DNA of 64,000 nt from an uncultured Gammaproteobacteria bacterium (lineage in GTDB: Bacteria; Pseudomonadota; Gammaproteobacteria; Arenicellales; JAANXG01). Where the stretch lies: positions 245 to 64,244 of the forward strand of contig CAMYMN010000012.1 of the NCBI GenBank assembly GCA_947259395.1, read 5' to 3'. This document shows positions 19,766-30,800 of this stretch, in pieces (the stretch's first letter is position 1; each line of letters opens with the position of its first letter). The notes under the pieces are model-generated. The model worked only from the letters and a program-made list of their open reading frames with translations, made no database searches and was not told the origin of the DNA. Both the position numbers and the translations under genes were made by a program.

Positions 19766-21217
19766 ATGGGTAGAGTGAAAAAGTATATTTCGTTGGCGCT
19801 TGTCGCATTGACAATCGTCATGTTGAGCACCGGCTGCGCCACCAATCCGGTGTCCGGCGAAAAGGACTTTGTGTTGATGAGCGAGGATCAGGAACTGGAA
19901 ATGGGTCGCCAGTATCATCAAGAAGTGCTCGAACAGATGCCGGTCTACGAAGATCCCGAATTGCAGGCCTATGTAAACCGGATCGGACAGGAAATTGCCG
20001 AAAAAAGTCATCGGCAAGGCTTGATCTACCGATTCACCGTCCTCGACTCACCGACGGTAAATGCCTTCGCGCTTCCGGGTGGGTACATTTATATCACCCG
20101 CGGTATCCTTGCCTACATGAACTCCGAGGCGCACCTTGCCGGGGTATTGGGTCATGAGCTTGGCCACGTCACCGCACGTCATTCGGTGCGTCAGCACAGT
20201 ACCGGTACGCTGGTACAGATCCTGGGGGCGGCAGCCACCGTAGCTACCGGTAGCCGCGCCGTGGGGGACCTATCCAACACGCTCGGCGGTGCGCTCGTCA
20301 GCGGCTATGGCCGTAAAATGGAACTGGAGGCCGATCGACTGGGCGCTGAATATCTGGCGAACACGGGTTATGAGCCGGACGAGATGATTGGCGTAATCGG
20401 TATCCTAAAATCTCAAGAGCAGTTCGAGATCCAGCGCGCCAAGGAGGAAAACCGCGAACCGCGCGCTTACCACGGCTTGTTTGCTACACACCCTGCGAAC
20501 GATCGTCGATTACAGGAAGTAATTGGTGCGGCGAAGAGATTTCCAAGTTCGGGAACCAGATCCGATCGGCGGGATGTATTTCTGCAGCATATGGATGGCT
20601 TGGTATTCGGGCCGGGCGAAAATCAGGGCGTGCTGCGTGGGAATCGGTTCTATCACCGTAAATTAGACTTCGCCGTTGAGTTCCCTTCGAACTGGCGGGT
20701 TGAAAACCAACCGGATCGGTTGTTGGCAATTTCCCGGGACAATGACGCCATGATGCAAATAACTTTACAGGATTTGAATCGCCGGCAAACGCCGGAGCAG
20801 TTTCTACGCAACGAGTTCGATGGGCTGCGTCAAGGTCAAGCGCTCAGCACCGAGACGTTCCCCGCATATTCCGGTGTCGCCCAACTAAATACACCGTTTG
20901 GACGAAAGCATTCACGGGTTGCTACCGTGTTTCACGACAATCGCGCCTTCATCATCGCGTCGGCGAGCCAACAAGGATTGGTTAACCGGCCGTTTTTCAA
21001 TAGTGTCCGTAGCTTCAGACGACTGCATCCGAACGAATATCGTCTTGCACAGTCGCGGCAAATCCAGTTGGTCCGTGCTAGACCCGGTGATACGTTCGCG
21101 CAATTGGCGCGTAATTCTAATTTAACCAATTACGCCGAGGCGCAACTACGGCTGCTCAACGATATGTATCCCAGCGGTGAGCCCAGACCCGGACAGTTGA
21201 TCAAGATCGTTCGTTAG
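19766..21217 (+). CDS. M48-family Zn metalloprotease lipoprotein with C-terminal LysM-like domain
   Basis: LSTGC lipobox, VNAFALPGG, HELGH, ELEAD, ATHP; C-terminal ARPGDTFAQLA...LRLLN...PGQLIKI. Confidence 0.9.
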   Translation: MGRVKKYISLALVALTIVMLSTGCATNPVSGEKDFVLMSEDQELEMGRQYHQEVLEQMPVYEDPELQAYVNRIGQEIAEKSHRQGLIYRFTVLDSPTVNAFALPGGYIYITRGILAYMNSEAHLAGVLGHELGHVTARHSVRQHSTGTLVQILGAAATVATGSRAVGDLSNTLGGALVSGYGRKMELEADRLGAEYLANTGYEPDEMIGVIGILKSQEQFEIQRAKEENREPRAYHGLFATHPANDRRLQEVIGAAKRFPSSGTRSDRRDVFLQHMDGLVFGPGENQGVLRGNRFYHRKLDFAVEFPSNWRVENQPDRLLAISRDNDAMMQITLQDLNRRQTPEQFLRNEFDGLRQGQALSTETFPAYSGVAQLNTPFGRKHSRVATVFHDNRAFIIASASQQGLVNRPFFNSVRSFRRLHPNEYRLAQSRQIQLVRARPGDTFAQLARNSNLTNYAEAQLRLLNDMYPSGEPRPGQLIKIVR

Positions 21218-21581
21218 TGTTAACGCGCCGGCGCCAAAAGACCCACGCATAGATAAGAATATTGAACGCGAGTAGCAATGTGCCGAGGACGAGTTGCATC
21301 TCGTGAGTGAGGTGATCAGGGTAGATAATCGGTACAATATAGTGCTCAACGAAACCCCCGCCATACTCGGGAACGCCAGCACGTCGTAACAGCCAGTTTT
21401 CCAATGGCGTCAACGGGCAAATCCATGCGTTCCACTCCAATAAAACACCCCATATTAAAGCGGGCACATGTAGCCATGCTAAACGGTTCCAGAATACGAC
21501 CAGCAAACCGCCAAACACAACGAATATCACGAATATCAGATGAGCAACGAATGCGATGTCAGCGAGCGAGCGATAGATCAT
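21201..21581 (-). CDS. DUF2784-family membrane protein
   Basis: AHLIFVIFVVFGG, WLHVPA, CPLTPLENWL, GGFVEHYI motifs. Confidence 0.85.
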   Translation of the reverse strand: MIYRSLADIAFVAHLIFVIFVVFGGLLVVFWNRLAWLHVPALIWGVLLEWNAWICPLTPLENWLLRRAGVPEYGGGFVEHYIVPIIYPDHLTHEMQLVLGTLLLAFNILIYAWVFWRRRVNTNERS

Positions 21582-21807
21582 CGACGATGTAACCCGTATA
21601 TTGCATCAAGGCGCTCCGCCGCTATTATCGGCCGGCACTTTGAAGGATCCAATATGGTCATTTCCAGGACGATACAGTCAGGGTCTCCGGGATTCCTGTG
21701 ATGAATAGCGGCGGGGCTATCCCGTCGAATGTACGGGCCACGATACCATCGGTGGGTCAAGTTGGGCGTGGAAACGCGCCGAAATGTGAGGCATTATGAG
21801 CCTGCGG

Positions 21808-23478
21808 TCAAGCGGCGCCTTTATGCTGAATATCGGCGTTGAGTTCCGTATTTTGCCCGGTAAGTTTTTGAACGATGTCAAAATCGACCCAGTCAAGGTG
21901 ATTAGTCGCGAGCCTGATCTTGGTCGGCTGAATAAGCAAGGATTCATCGGCGCTTTCCATCACGAAATGATGTCTGACTTTAGATACGTCCTTCGGTACT
22001 ATCAGGCTGCATTTGATCTTTTTGTCTTCCGGTATTTTTATCAATACTGCGAGTTTTGGCGATTGATCCGTATTGTTGCTTGACCGTGTGAGCACATCCT
22101 GAATCGACACCGCTTCCGCGACGGGCCCAAATTTATATACACCAATTGTAATTTTGTTGGCTTGATCATGGCGCATCCACCGCACCACGCCTACGTCCCA
22201 GGCATCATCTTTTTTCGTCGGACGACGCACCGCAATTAACTTACCAATGAGATTGGCTACCGGTGCAGTGCTTTCTTTTGTTAATTGCACACCATTTGCG
22301 CTTTCGTCAACGCAGCTCCATTCACCCAGATCAGTCGGGCCCGAGTTTGCGCGAAGTTTCTGTTTTCTAAATACAACGTTTTGTATGTCGTTACCTGTAC
22401 GTCCACTGCAACGGAGTTCCGATTGTCCATTCAAGAAGTAGGTCACACCATCAAAACCATGGATCATTAGTCGTTTGTCGTTGATCGCTAAACGCATACT
22501 TTTACGTTTTAGCTGTCCTCCCCAAGATGTGATGAGACGATCTAATAATTGAAGGCGATCACGATCCTCAACCTTGGTGTTTTGACGGCCATGTTCCCTG
22601 AGCCGCAGGTCGAGACTTTGAAATTGATCGTACAACGCGATGACTAGTTGTGTCGTATCAAGCACCAAATATTGCTCCGGATCTTCGATCTGATCTTTCG
22701 CCTGCATCGCATGAGCCGGCTTGTCATCATACAAATTGACGAGGAACTGGCACTTGCCCGACGGTACAAAAGGCGGAGCCACTAATACGGCATGTACGGC
22801 CAATTGATTACAGCGATCATGAATCTCATCGATCTCTCCGTGCGCGAACTTGTATGGATCGAGAGCCGCGGTCAGAAGGATCTGTTTATAAACATGGGTT
22901 ATTGTGGTTTGCGGTTTGAATGCGTTGAACTGGTCCGTGACCGGAAACTTCAACAAATTATCTTTCTGCGCTTTCTTAACTAGTTCATGTATCGCCAGCC
23001 ATACACCCTTGGGAATCGGATGATAAATGCGATATGCGTCGCAACACACTTCACTAAAATACAGAATTGCGCGATGTATCGCCATCGCATGACTGGGCTT
23101 ATCATATCGGTTTCCCGTTAACACAAATGACACCGCTGCCCACGCGTAACCCATAGCGAGCAAGTTGTGTATCTTCGAAAGCAATGATATTTCCGTGCGT
23201 GAAGATTCGGAGAGCGGAAGTTGTGAACCGGTCCGCCGATCGGTGAGGCGGTAGCTGATTGTTGACAACGCTTCGCGGAAAGCTTCTAACACCTCGAGAC
23301 GCCGCCGTGCCGGCATGTCTACGGTGTTCATAGTCGACAACATCGACTTTATTTCCGCGGCCGCTCGTGGAGCATCCGACGCCGGCAGATTTTCTAACCA
23401 GGCCTTTGCATCGGAACGCGAGATCGGAACAATGTGCTCACCAGGTAGACGAGCGTGATCTTGTGTGTGATTAGACAA
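21808..23478 (-). CDS. FimW-like putative c-di-GMP receptor (helical N-terminus, PilZ-like C-terminus)
   Basis: WLENLP, GVWLAIHEL, YKQILLTAALDPY; RKSMR (RxxxR) followed by DESANG (DxSxxG) and GVVRWMR. Confidence 0.65.
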   Translation of the reverse strand: MSNHTQDHARLPGEHIVPISRSDAKAWLENLPASDAPRAAAEIKSMLSTMNTVDMPARRRLEVLEAFREALSTISYRLTDRRTGSQLPLSESSRTEISLLSKIHNLLAMGYAWAAVSFVLTGNRYDKPSHAMAIHRAILYFSEVCCDAYRIYHPIPKGVWLAIHELVKKAQKDNLLKFPVTDQFNAFKPQTTITHVYKQILLTAALDPYKFAHGEIDEIHDRCNQLAVHAVLVAPPFVPSGKCQFLVNLYDDKPAHAMQAKDQIEDPEQYLVLDTTQLVIALYDQFQSLDLRLREHGRQNTKVEDRDRLQLLDRLITSWGGQLKRKSMRLAINDKRLMIHGFDGVTYFLNGQSELRCSGRTGNDIQNVVFRKQKLRANSGPTDLGEWSCVDESANGVQLTKESTAPVANLIGKLIAVRRPTKKDDAWDVGVVRWMRHDQANKITIGVYKFGPVAEAVSIQDVLTRSSNNTDQSPKLAVLIKIPEDKKIKCSLIVPKDVSKVRHHFVMESADESLLIQPTKIRLATNHLDWVDFDIVQKLTGQNTELNADIQHKGAA

Positions 23479-23636
23479 CGGTTACACCCCCACAGTGCCG
23501 GTAGTTGTCGGGTCCTTTTTATGTTTTAAGTATAGACCGTTTGTGAGATATTCGTGGCGGCCGGATTGTGGCCCATCAAATTGTCAAATAGAACTAAATA
23601 GAAACAGTCGCTTATATAGTATACCGGGAGCAAACT

Positions 23637-24020
23637 ATGAACCTGGAAAAGGTTATTTTCGCGTTTTTTATAACCCTCGCCCTGACCTTGAACTTCGGGT
23701 TCTTTATTGGCGAGATCGACAATCCGGCGCATCACCACGCTTACGAGCTTTTCGCCGCTATCGTGGTAAGTGTGATCGCGACGATTATGAAGTTCGGCGA
23801 TCGCAGCCAGCTCGGTGCAGTGCTGCTGGCATCCAGCCTAGTGGCGGATCTTCAGTTGATTGCTGCAGCGTTGTTGTGGGGGGCCGCGGTAAACACCTTG
23901 GACGGCGGCCTCTCTTCAACAACAATGGCAAGCATCGTTTCACTATCGGGTGGCGCGCTGGTCGCGAACATCGTATCGGTGATCCTACTCATCACTGAAA
24001 CAGTGACGTCACGACGCTAA
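23637..24020 (+). CDS. Small 4-TM membrane protein (DUF6394-like) preceding the K+ channel
   Basis: MNLEKVIFAFFITLALTLNFGFF, LLASSLVADLQLI; GGAG RBS; 9-bp gap to the next gene. Confidence 0.75.
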   Translation: MNLEKVIFAFFITLALTLNFGFFIGEIDNPAHHHAYELFAAIVVSVIATIMKFGDRSQLGAVLLASSLVADLQLIAAALLWGAAVNTLDGGLSSTTMASIVSLSGGALVANIVSVILLITETVTSRR

Positions 24021-24029
24021 GACAAGGCA

Positions 24030-25742
24030 ATGGAGATACCGACTGTTTTCTTCCTGATTCTTCGGCGACTCCGAAATCCGCTAATTATTCTAGTGTGCGT
24101 GTATGCCATCGCGGTATTCGGGCTGACCTTGATCCCAGGGGTTGACGATCAAGGAAGGCCGTGGCGAATGGACTTCTTTCATGCCTTTTATTTCGTGAGT
24201 TTCATGGGGTCAACTATTGGCTTCGGAGAGATACCCTATCCATTCACCGATGAGCAACGATTTTGGGTATTGATATGCATCTATATCTCAGTGTTCGCAT
24301 GGTTATATGCCATCGGTACCGCGTTGGCCATGGTACAGGATCCGGCGTTTCGTTACGCGGTAACCCACAACTCCTTCGCCCGCAACGTGCGTCGCATTGT
24401 TGAACCGTTTTTTCTCGTTTGCGGTTACGGGGACACCGGGCATTTGTTGGTGCAAGGCCTGGTTGAGAGGGGTCTTCGCGCGGTGGTGTTAGACCGTGAT
24501 CAAGACCGCATTAACAACCTAAAACTCGCCAATCTAGATATTTTTGTTCCTGGTTTGCTTGCTAACGTTGCGGATCCAGCTAATTTGCTCACCGCCGGCC
24601 TGCAGCATAGACGTTGTGTTGGTGTGGTGGCGCTGACCGACAATGATCATGTGAATTTAAAGGTCGCGATTACCAGTAAACTGTTGAACCCGGACTTACG
24701 CGTCATTTGCCGATCTGAGATACACGATGTCGGCATCAATATGGAATCCTTCGGCACCGATGAGATTGTAAACCCATTCGACCTGTTCGCAGATCGTCTC
24801 GCCATGGCGCTTCACTCTCCCGCCACGTACATTATTCATCATTGGTTGACCAGCGCCCCGGGATCGCAGCTGACGGAGCCCTTGTTTCCACCTCGCGGTC
24901 AATGGGTGTTATGCGGTTACGGAAGATTCGGTAAAGCCGTACAGCAATACCTCTCATTCGAGGGCGTTGAGGCGACCATCATCGAGGCCGATCCGGCAAA
25001 GACAAACGCCCCCGCCGACGCGATTTTGGGGCGGGGTACCGAGGCAGTCACTTTGCGCCAGGCTGGAATCGAGCAGGCCGTGGGTATCGTGGCAGGTACC
25101 GACGACGACGCCAATAATCTATCCGTCATTATGACCGCGAAAGAATTGAACCCGGAGTTGTTTACCGTCGCTCGACAGAACAGACAAGAGAACCAAGCAA
25201 TCTTCGGGGCGGCGGATCTGAATCTGGTCATGGAACGAAGCGACATCATCGCGCGCTTCGTGATCACCTTGATCACCAACCCGTTATTGGCGGAATTTTT
25301 AAGGGCAATAGACACCGAAGATGATGAGAACGCAGCAAATGTGTTGGCCAGTCGCATCAGTGGGCTGGTCGGAGAAAACGTACCGCTTACTTGGACGGTG
25401 GAAACCACCAAAGCGGCCTCCCCGGCCCTGGCAATCCGTTTGTTCCAGGGCGCTACCGTGAGCGTGAACCAAATCATGATCGATCCCTCGGATCGTGATC
25501 AGTCGCTGCCGTGCATACCGTTGTTGTTAAAACACGCGGGCAATAACCAGCTGCTGCCGGATGGGGAAACCCCATTGACGCACGGTGACCGCATCTTGTT
25601 CTGCGGCCACCGGACCGCAGCGCGGCGCATGGCCGCCACCGTGGTGAATTACAACACGCTCGCCTACGTGACTGGCCAACCGCCGGTCGACGGGTTGCTG
25701 GGGTGGCTGCGGGCTAAATCGGCCGATACTGCGAAGACTTGA
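24030..25742 (+). CDS. Potassium channel protein with two RCK/TrkA-N domains
   Basis: STIGFGE selectivity-filter variant; CGYGDTG and CGYGRFG Rossmann motifs. Confidence 0.88.
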   Translation: MEIPTVFFLILRRLRNPLIILVCVYAIAVFGLTLIPGVDDQGRPWRMDFFHAFYFVSFMGSTIGFGEIPYPFTDEQRFWVLICIYISVFAWLYAIGTALAMVQDPAFRYAVTHNSFARNVRRIVEPFFLVCGYGDTGHLLVQGLVERGLRAVVLDRDQDRINNLKLANLDIFVPGLLANVADPANLLTAGLQHRRCVGVVALTDNDHVNLKVAITSKLLNPDLRVICRSEIHDVGINMESFGTDEIVNPFDLFADRLAMALHSPATYIIHHWLTSAPGSQLTEPLFPPRGQWVLCGYGRFGKAVQQYLSFEGVEATIIEADPAKTNAPADAILGRGTEAVTLRQAGIEQAVGIVAGTDDDANNLSVIMTAKELNPELFTVARQNRQENQAIFGAADLNLVMERSDIIARFVITLITNPLLAEFLRAIDTEDDENAANVLASRISGLVGENVPLTWTVETTKAASPALAIRLFQGATVSVNQIMIDPSDRDQSLPCIPLLLKHAGNNQLLPDGETPLTHGDRILFCGHRTAARRMAATVVNYNTLAYVTGQPPVDGLLGWLRAKSADTAKT

Positions 25743-25809
25743 GCTAAGGTATTAATTTTACTCAGTTATTTACCACCGCTGCAAAACGCTGCCGCGCTGC
25801 AAGCGAATC

Positions 25810-25866
25810 TTGACTTTACCAGGTGCCCACGCTATGCTGCGTTGCAGCAATTGTTGCAGTGCACAA
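25810..25866 (+). promoter_or_regulatory. Sigma70-like phasin promoter overlapped by two PhaR-type TGC-N3-GCA boxes
   Basis: TTGACT(25810)-N17-TATGCT(25833); TGCTGC-GTT-GCAGCA (25835-25849) and TGTTGC-AGT-GCACAA (25852-25866). Confidence 0.7.
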
Positions 25867-25899
25867 CTTATCAATTTTTGAAACAGTAGAGAAACGATC

Positions 25900-26268
25900 A
25901 TGCAAAACCAGGCCCTAAACTCGGTACAAAACGCCGTGGAAACTGCTTACCAAACAACCAAGCAGGTGGTTGATATCAACGCCGCTGCGTGGGAAGGCCT
26001 CATCGAGAAACAGCTCGAGGTCATGAACCAAGCGGTTGATTTCGGCGTCAAGCAGTTCAAATTACTGGGAGAAGCCAAAGACGTGAAGACCACGCTGGCC
26101 GCCCAGACCGGACTGATCGAAACCGCCGCCGAGCAGGCAATGACCAACGTACGCGATGTCGTGAAGATCGCTAACGAGGCACGCACCGCCTATGACAAGC
26201 TGGTGAAGAAAGGTGTTCAGGATACGGTGGCCGCGGTCAAACCCAAAGCAGCCAAAAAAGCGGCGTAA
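25900..26268 (+). CDS. phaP: Phasin (PHA granule-associated protein)
   Basis: Ala-rich amphipathic 122-aa protein (AWEGLIEKQLEV, KDVKTTLAAQ) with a KPKAAKKAA tail; TGC-rich operator upstream. Confidence 0.8.
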   Translation: MQNQALNSVQNAVETAYQTTKQVVDINAAAWEGLIEKQLEVMNQAVDFGVKQFKLLGEAKDVKTTLAAQTGLIETAAEQAMTNVRDVVKIANEARTAYDKLVKKGVQDTVAAVKPKAAKKAA

Positions 26269-26303
26269 TAGATTCTACAGGCTCAACTCTCTCCTCCTAA
26301 GGT

Positions 26304-26339
26304 GCCCCCACAGCGCCTCCCTGCTGTGGGGGCTTTTTT
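26304..26339 (+). terminator. Rho-independent terminator of the phasin gene
   Basis: GCCCCCACAGC-loop-GCTGTGGGGGC followed by TTTTTT. Confidence 0.9.
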
Positions 26340-26623
26340 GGCTTGCCGGCGCCGTTCGTGTATGAACGGCAACGTTTTTCGCGTTTCGTCATCGCAAAGC
26401 CGGAGCGATCACGTCACGATTTCCAGTACATACGTCACGCTTGACCCCCCGTGTAGAATCGGCACCACTTGGTGAGACATGCGGGCTAGGTCATAACCGG
26501 AACAACCAATGCGTCGGCACAATACGCATCCAAATACTGTCATACAATGATCGATCTCGAGAACATATCGGTCTTCCAACATTAATTTCTAGTAAAATTG
26601 CAAGAAATTGTTGTCACCATCAT

Positions 26624-27325
26624 ATGAACAGCAAACTTACCGTCATTGTCGGCGCCGGGCCAGGTAACGGTCTGGCATTCGCACGTAGATTCCATGCTGA
26701 GGGACATCGTGTCGCAATGTTGGCGCGTCACGCAGAAAACCTCGAGCGACTGCGTCAGCAGCTACCTGAAGCGCACTATTTTTCTTGTGATGTCAGCGAA
26801 CCAAAACAGATCCATGAGGTATTCACACAAGTACGCGAACAACTCGGCACCATAGATACCCTGATATACAATGCGGGCGCGGGTGTGTTTGGTAATATTG
26901 AAGACATTACCGCGGAACAGTTCGAAGCCGCTTGGCGCGTAAACGCCCTAGGTTGCTTTTGCTGTGTCAAGGAAGTTCTTATTGATATGCGTGATGGCGC
27001 ACACGGAAACATCATCGTCATTGGTGCGACGGCCTCCGTGCGGGGTGGCGCGGGTTTTGCGGCATTTAGCTCCGCCAAAGGGGCGCAAAGAAATCTTGTT
27101 CAATCCATAGCGCGTCATTTGAGCCCGTATGGTATCCACGTTGCATATGTAATTATTGACGGTGTCATCGATATGCAACGTACTCGTAAATACTTTCCCG
27201 ACAAACCAGATGAGTTCTTTTTACAACCTGATGACATCGCAATCACTGTGTTTCATCTAACCAGGCAACCTCGATCTGCTTGGACATTCGAGTTGGACAT
27301 GCGTCCGTTTAAGGAAAACTGGTAA
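26624..27325 (+). CDS. Short-chain dehydrogenase/reductase
   Basis: VGAGPGNG, YNAG, FSSAK (Phe in place of the Tyr of YxxxK); start ATG 26624. Confidence 0.9.
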   Translation: MNSKLTVIVGAGPGNGLAFARRFHAEGHRVAMLARHAENLERLRQQLPEAHYFSCDVSEPKQIHEVFTQVREQLGTIDTLIYNAGAGVFGNIEDITAEQFEAAWRVNALGCFCCVKEVLIDMRDGAHGNIIVIGATASVRGGAGFAAFSSAKGAQRNLVQSIARHLSPYGIHVAYVIIDGVIDMQRTRKYFPDKPDEFFLQPDDIAITVFHLTRQPRSAWTFELDMRPFKENW

Positions 27326-27330
27326 GCCCG

Positions 27331-27762
27331 GTGAGCAACAACAACACGACACAACAACACGCAGCTGCCCTTCCCCGCGATCATGAACCTGTGATCCGTA
27401 TCATTCCACTACCGAAGGATACCAATCCCGGTGGTGATATTTTCGGAGGTTGGATCATGTCTCACGTTGATCTCGCTGGCGGTGTGATTGCGGCGCGACG
27501 CGCAAATGGGCGCGTAGCTACCATCGCGGTTAACTCGTTCACCTTTAAAAAACCGGTATTAGTGGGAGACTTGGTCAGCATTTATGGTCACGTCATCCGT
27601 GTGGGTAATACTTCGATCACCGTCGCGCTCCAGGTGTTCGCAGAGCGCCGCTGGCTAAGCGGTACACCTGGCGGATGTGTTAAGGTGACAGAGGCCGACT
27701 TGACCTATGTTGCGATTGATGAAAATCGGCGCCCACGCCACATCCCGCCCGACCCAGAGTGA
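27331..27762 (+). CDS. YciA-like hotdog acyl-CoA thioesterase
   Basis: PKDTNPGGDIFGGWIMSHVDLAG, VGNTSITV, TYVAID. Confidence 0.9.
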   Translation: MSNNNTTQQHAAALPRDHEPVIRIIPLPKDTNPGGDIFGGWIMSHVDLAGGVIAARRANGRVATIAVNSFTFKKPVLVGDLVSIYGHVIRVGNTSITVALQVFAERRWLSGTPGGCVKVTEADLTYVAIDENRRPRHIPPDPE

Positions 27763-27897
27763 ACCGACCATTACCCGGGTGGGGCAATCAATGAAGGGCG
27801 GTAACGATCTGCAGTGTACGCGATCCGGCCGCTGCTTAGCATAATACTGTTCCGTTGCGGTGAAACCCTAGTGCCGCCGCGATAAACAACCGCACTC

Positions 27898-30800
27898 ATG
27901 GCGATAACAGCTCACGATTTGGATTATCAAGCACTGCAGACCGTTGACGGTCTGCAGCGCCTCGATCGTCAGTTCCTTTTGATGGTCGAGGAACGCGATC
28001 CTGGTCTTTTTGATCAATTGCGCCGTTATCGTAATCCCGATACGAGCCTCAGCGCATTAGAAATTAGCCGCCTGTTATTGGCTGTCGCGCCCATGCTTGA
28101 GGAATTTCTGGCGCGCCGGTTCGGCGTCGAAGCTGCGCTACAAACGGTCAATGAGGATATTGACCAACACAACCTGGTTGCGCAGTTCAAGAAAGAGTTT
28201 GTGCAAAAACGCGCGCGAAGATTACACGGCGATGACACCGGATCGTTCTCTGTGTTGTCAGAGTGGTTGGACGATCAGATTGCACACATTCCAGAAGCAA
28301 GCCTTGATAAAGAACTTGCGGTGGCTAAGTTTGCAGATCAACTCCTGGAGAATCCGGAATCCAACGCTTCGTCACTGGCGCGTCTAACTGAGTGGTGTGC
28401 ACACGCGCGACAACACGGTAGTGATGAATCAGTAACAAAGGACTGGATCAGCTTTCGATTACCGCAATCGGTCGATCCCGCCCGTCTGGTGCCCTTGTCC
28501 CGGTGCACCAACGGGTCCGTTGAGCGACTCGAGGCCAAAGTCGAATCGCTACGGCGTCGGGACGGTTTTTCTCTTACGGATTCACGCATGTCTATGCGTG
28601 AAGTGATGGACCAAGTTAATTATTGTGTTTACTGTCACAACCAAGATGGAGACTTCTGCTCCAAGGGATTTCCAAAGAAAAAGAAACAACCGGAACTCGG
28701 GCTCAAGGTTGACGCATTAGGCGTCACCCTGACCGGTTGTCCATTGGAGGAAAAGATCTCAGAAATGCAGTTGTTGAAACGGGATGGCAAGAATCTGGCC
28801 GCGCTCGCAGTCGCCATGGTGGACAATCCGATGATTCCCGCCACCGGCCATCGAATCTGTAACGATTGCATGAAGGCTTGCATCTACCAAAAGCAGGATC
28901 CGGTAGATATCCCACAAATTGAAACCCGAGTATTGACCGACGTATTGAATCTGCCGTGGGGTGTCGAGATCTATGATCTGTTGGTGCGCTGGAATCCGCT
29001 GCGCCGCCGGCAATTCCTGCCGCAGCCTGACAACGGCCGCAAAGTCCTGATCGTAGGTATGGGACCTGCGGGTTTCACCATGGCCCATCACCTTACCATG
29101 GAAGGCTGCACCGTGATTGGCATCGATGGGCTGAAAATCGAGCCGTTACCGCAACACCTCATCGACGAACCGGTGCACAGTTATGCTGATTTATGCGAGT
29201 CGCTCGAGGAACGAATCATGGCTGGATTCGGGGGGGTCGCTGAATACGGCATCACCGTTCGTTGGGATAAGAATTTCCTGAAATTGATTTACCTCGCACT
29301 CGCGAGAAGGCCCTCGTTCCGTGTCGTCGGTGGCGTCCGTCTTGGCGGAACAATAACCTTGGATGACGCCTGGTCACTGGGCTTCGATCATGTGTGCATC
29401 GCCACCGGCGCCGGTTTACCTCGGGTTGTCGGGATGGGCAACAGTCTTGCCCGCGGTATGCGTCAAGCCAACGACTTTCTCATGGCATTACAACTCACCG
29501 GGGCCGCGAAGTCGGACAGTCTAGCCAATCTCCAGGTGCGATTGCCCGCGGTGGTTATCGGTGGAGGATTGACCGCCATCGACACCGCCACCGAGGTCCA
29601 GGCCTATTATGTGAAGCAAGTGGAAAAAACCTTGGATCGCTATGAACAACTCGCCGCCAGTCACGGCGAACAACCGATGCTCGATAAGCTCGGTGAGGAG
29701 GGACGACTCGTTCTAAACGAATTCTTGGAACACGGCCGGGCGGTGCGTGCCGAACGAGAACGGGCGGCGATTACTGGTGAGCACCCCGACTTCAATCCGT
29801 TAATTCGAGAATGGGGTGGAGTGACCATTATTTACCGCCGCAGCATCAATGAATCCCCGGCGTACCTGCGTAACCATGAGGAAATCACCAAAGCCATGGA
29901 GGAAGGCGTTTACTACGTCGAAGGTCTGGAACCTTTGCGTGCGGAACTCGATCGTTTCGGACATGTAGAAACATTGGTATGTCGACAGCGCGTAAAACGG
30001 GAGGGTCGGTGGATATCACTCGGCAAAGAAGTGAAGCTGCCGGCCCGCGCAATTATGATCGCCGCTGGTACGTTTCCAAACATCATTTATGAAATTGAAC
30101 ATCCGGGCACTTTACGCATCGAAGATAACCACTTTCTAACTCACGTGGCTCATAAGCACGGCGTGCAGCCGGTGGGGGTCGCCGAACATTGTAAGGCACC
30201 GGAGTTTGGCCCGTTTACGTCTTATGATAGAGACCATCGCCGCGTGAGCTTCATCGGCGACGCCCATCCGGTATTCAATGGCAGCGTGGTAAAAGCGATC
30301 GCCTCCGCCCACCGAAGCTATCCAGATATCATTGCCGATTTGATGAGCATGCCCGAACACCGACCGACGCATCCGAATTCATCATTGTTTATCAAGTCTG
30401 TTACCGATCAACTGACTACGTGCGTTGCCGAAATCGATCTCAAACATCCTGTCGTCATTGAGCTTTGGGTGCGGGCGCCAATGGCGGCAAAGAATTTCCA
30501 GCCTGGGCAGTTTTTCCGCCTGCAGACCTATGAAACATCGAGCCCCAAACGCAACGGCACCCGCTTGCAGATCCCGCTACTGACAGTCAGCGGCGCCGGA
30601 GTACGGGGCGATTGTGTTCGCATGCTCTTATTGCGATTCGGAGCCAATGCCAAACTTGCCGAGCAGCTCAAGCCTGGTGATCCAATCGTGTTGATGGGAC
30701 CCACCGGCGCACCAACCGAGATTGAGACTGACAAGACCTTTCTGGTGATTGCCGGCAGTTGGGGGGCGGCGGTGATGCTTGGTCTGGGCCCGGCGCTACG

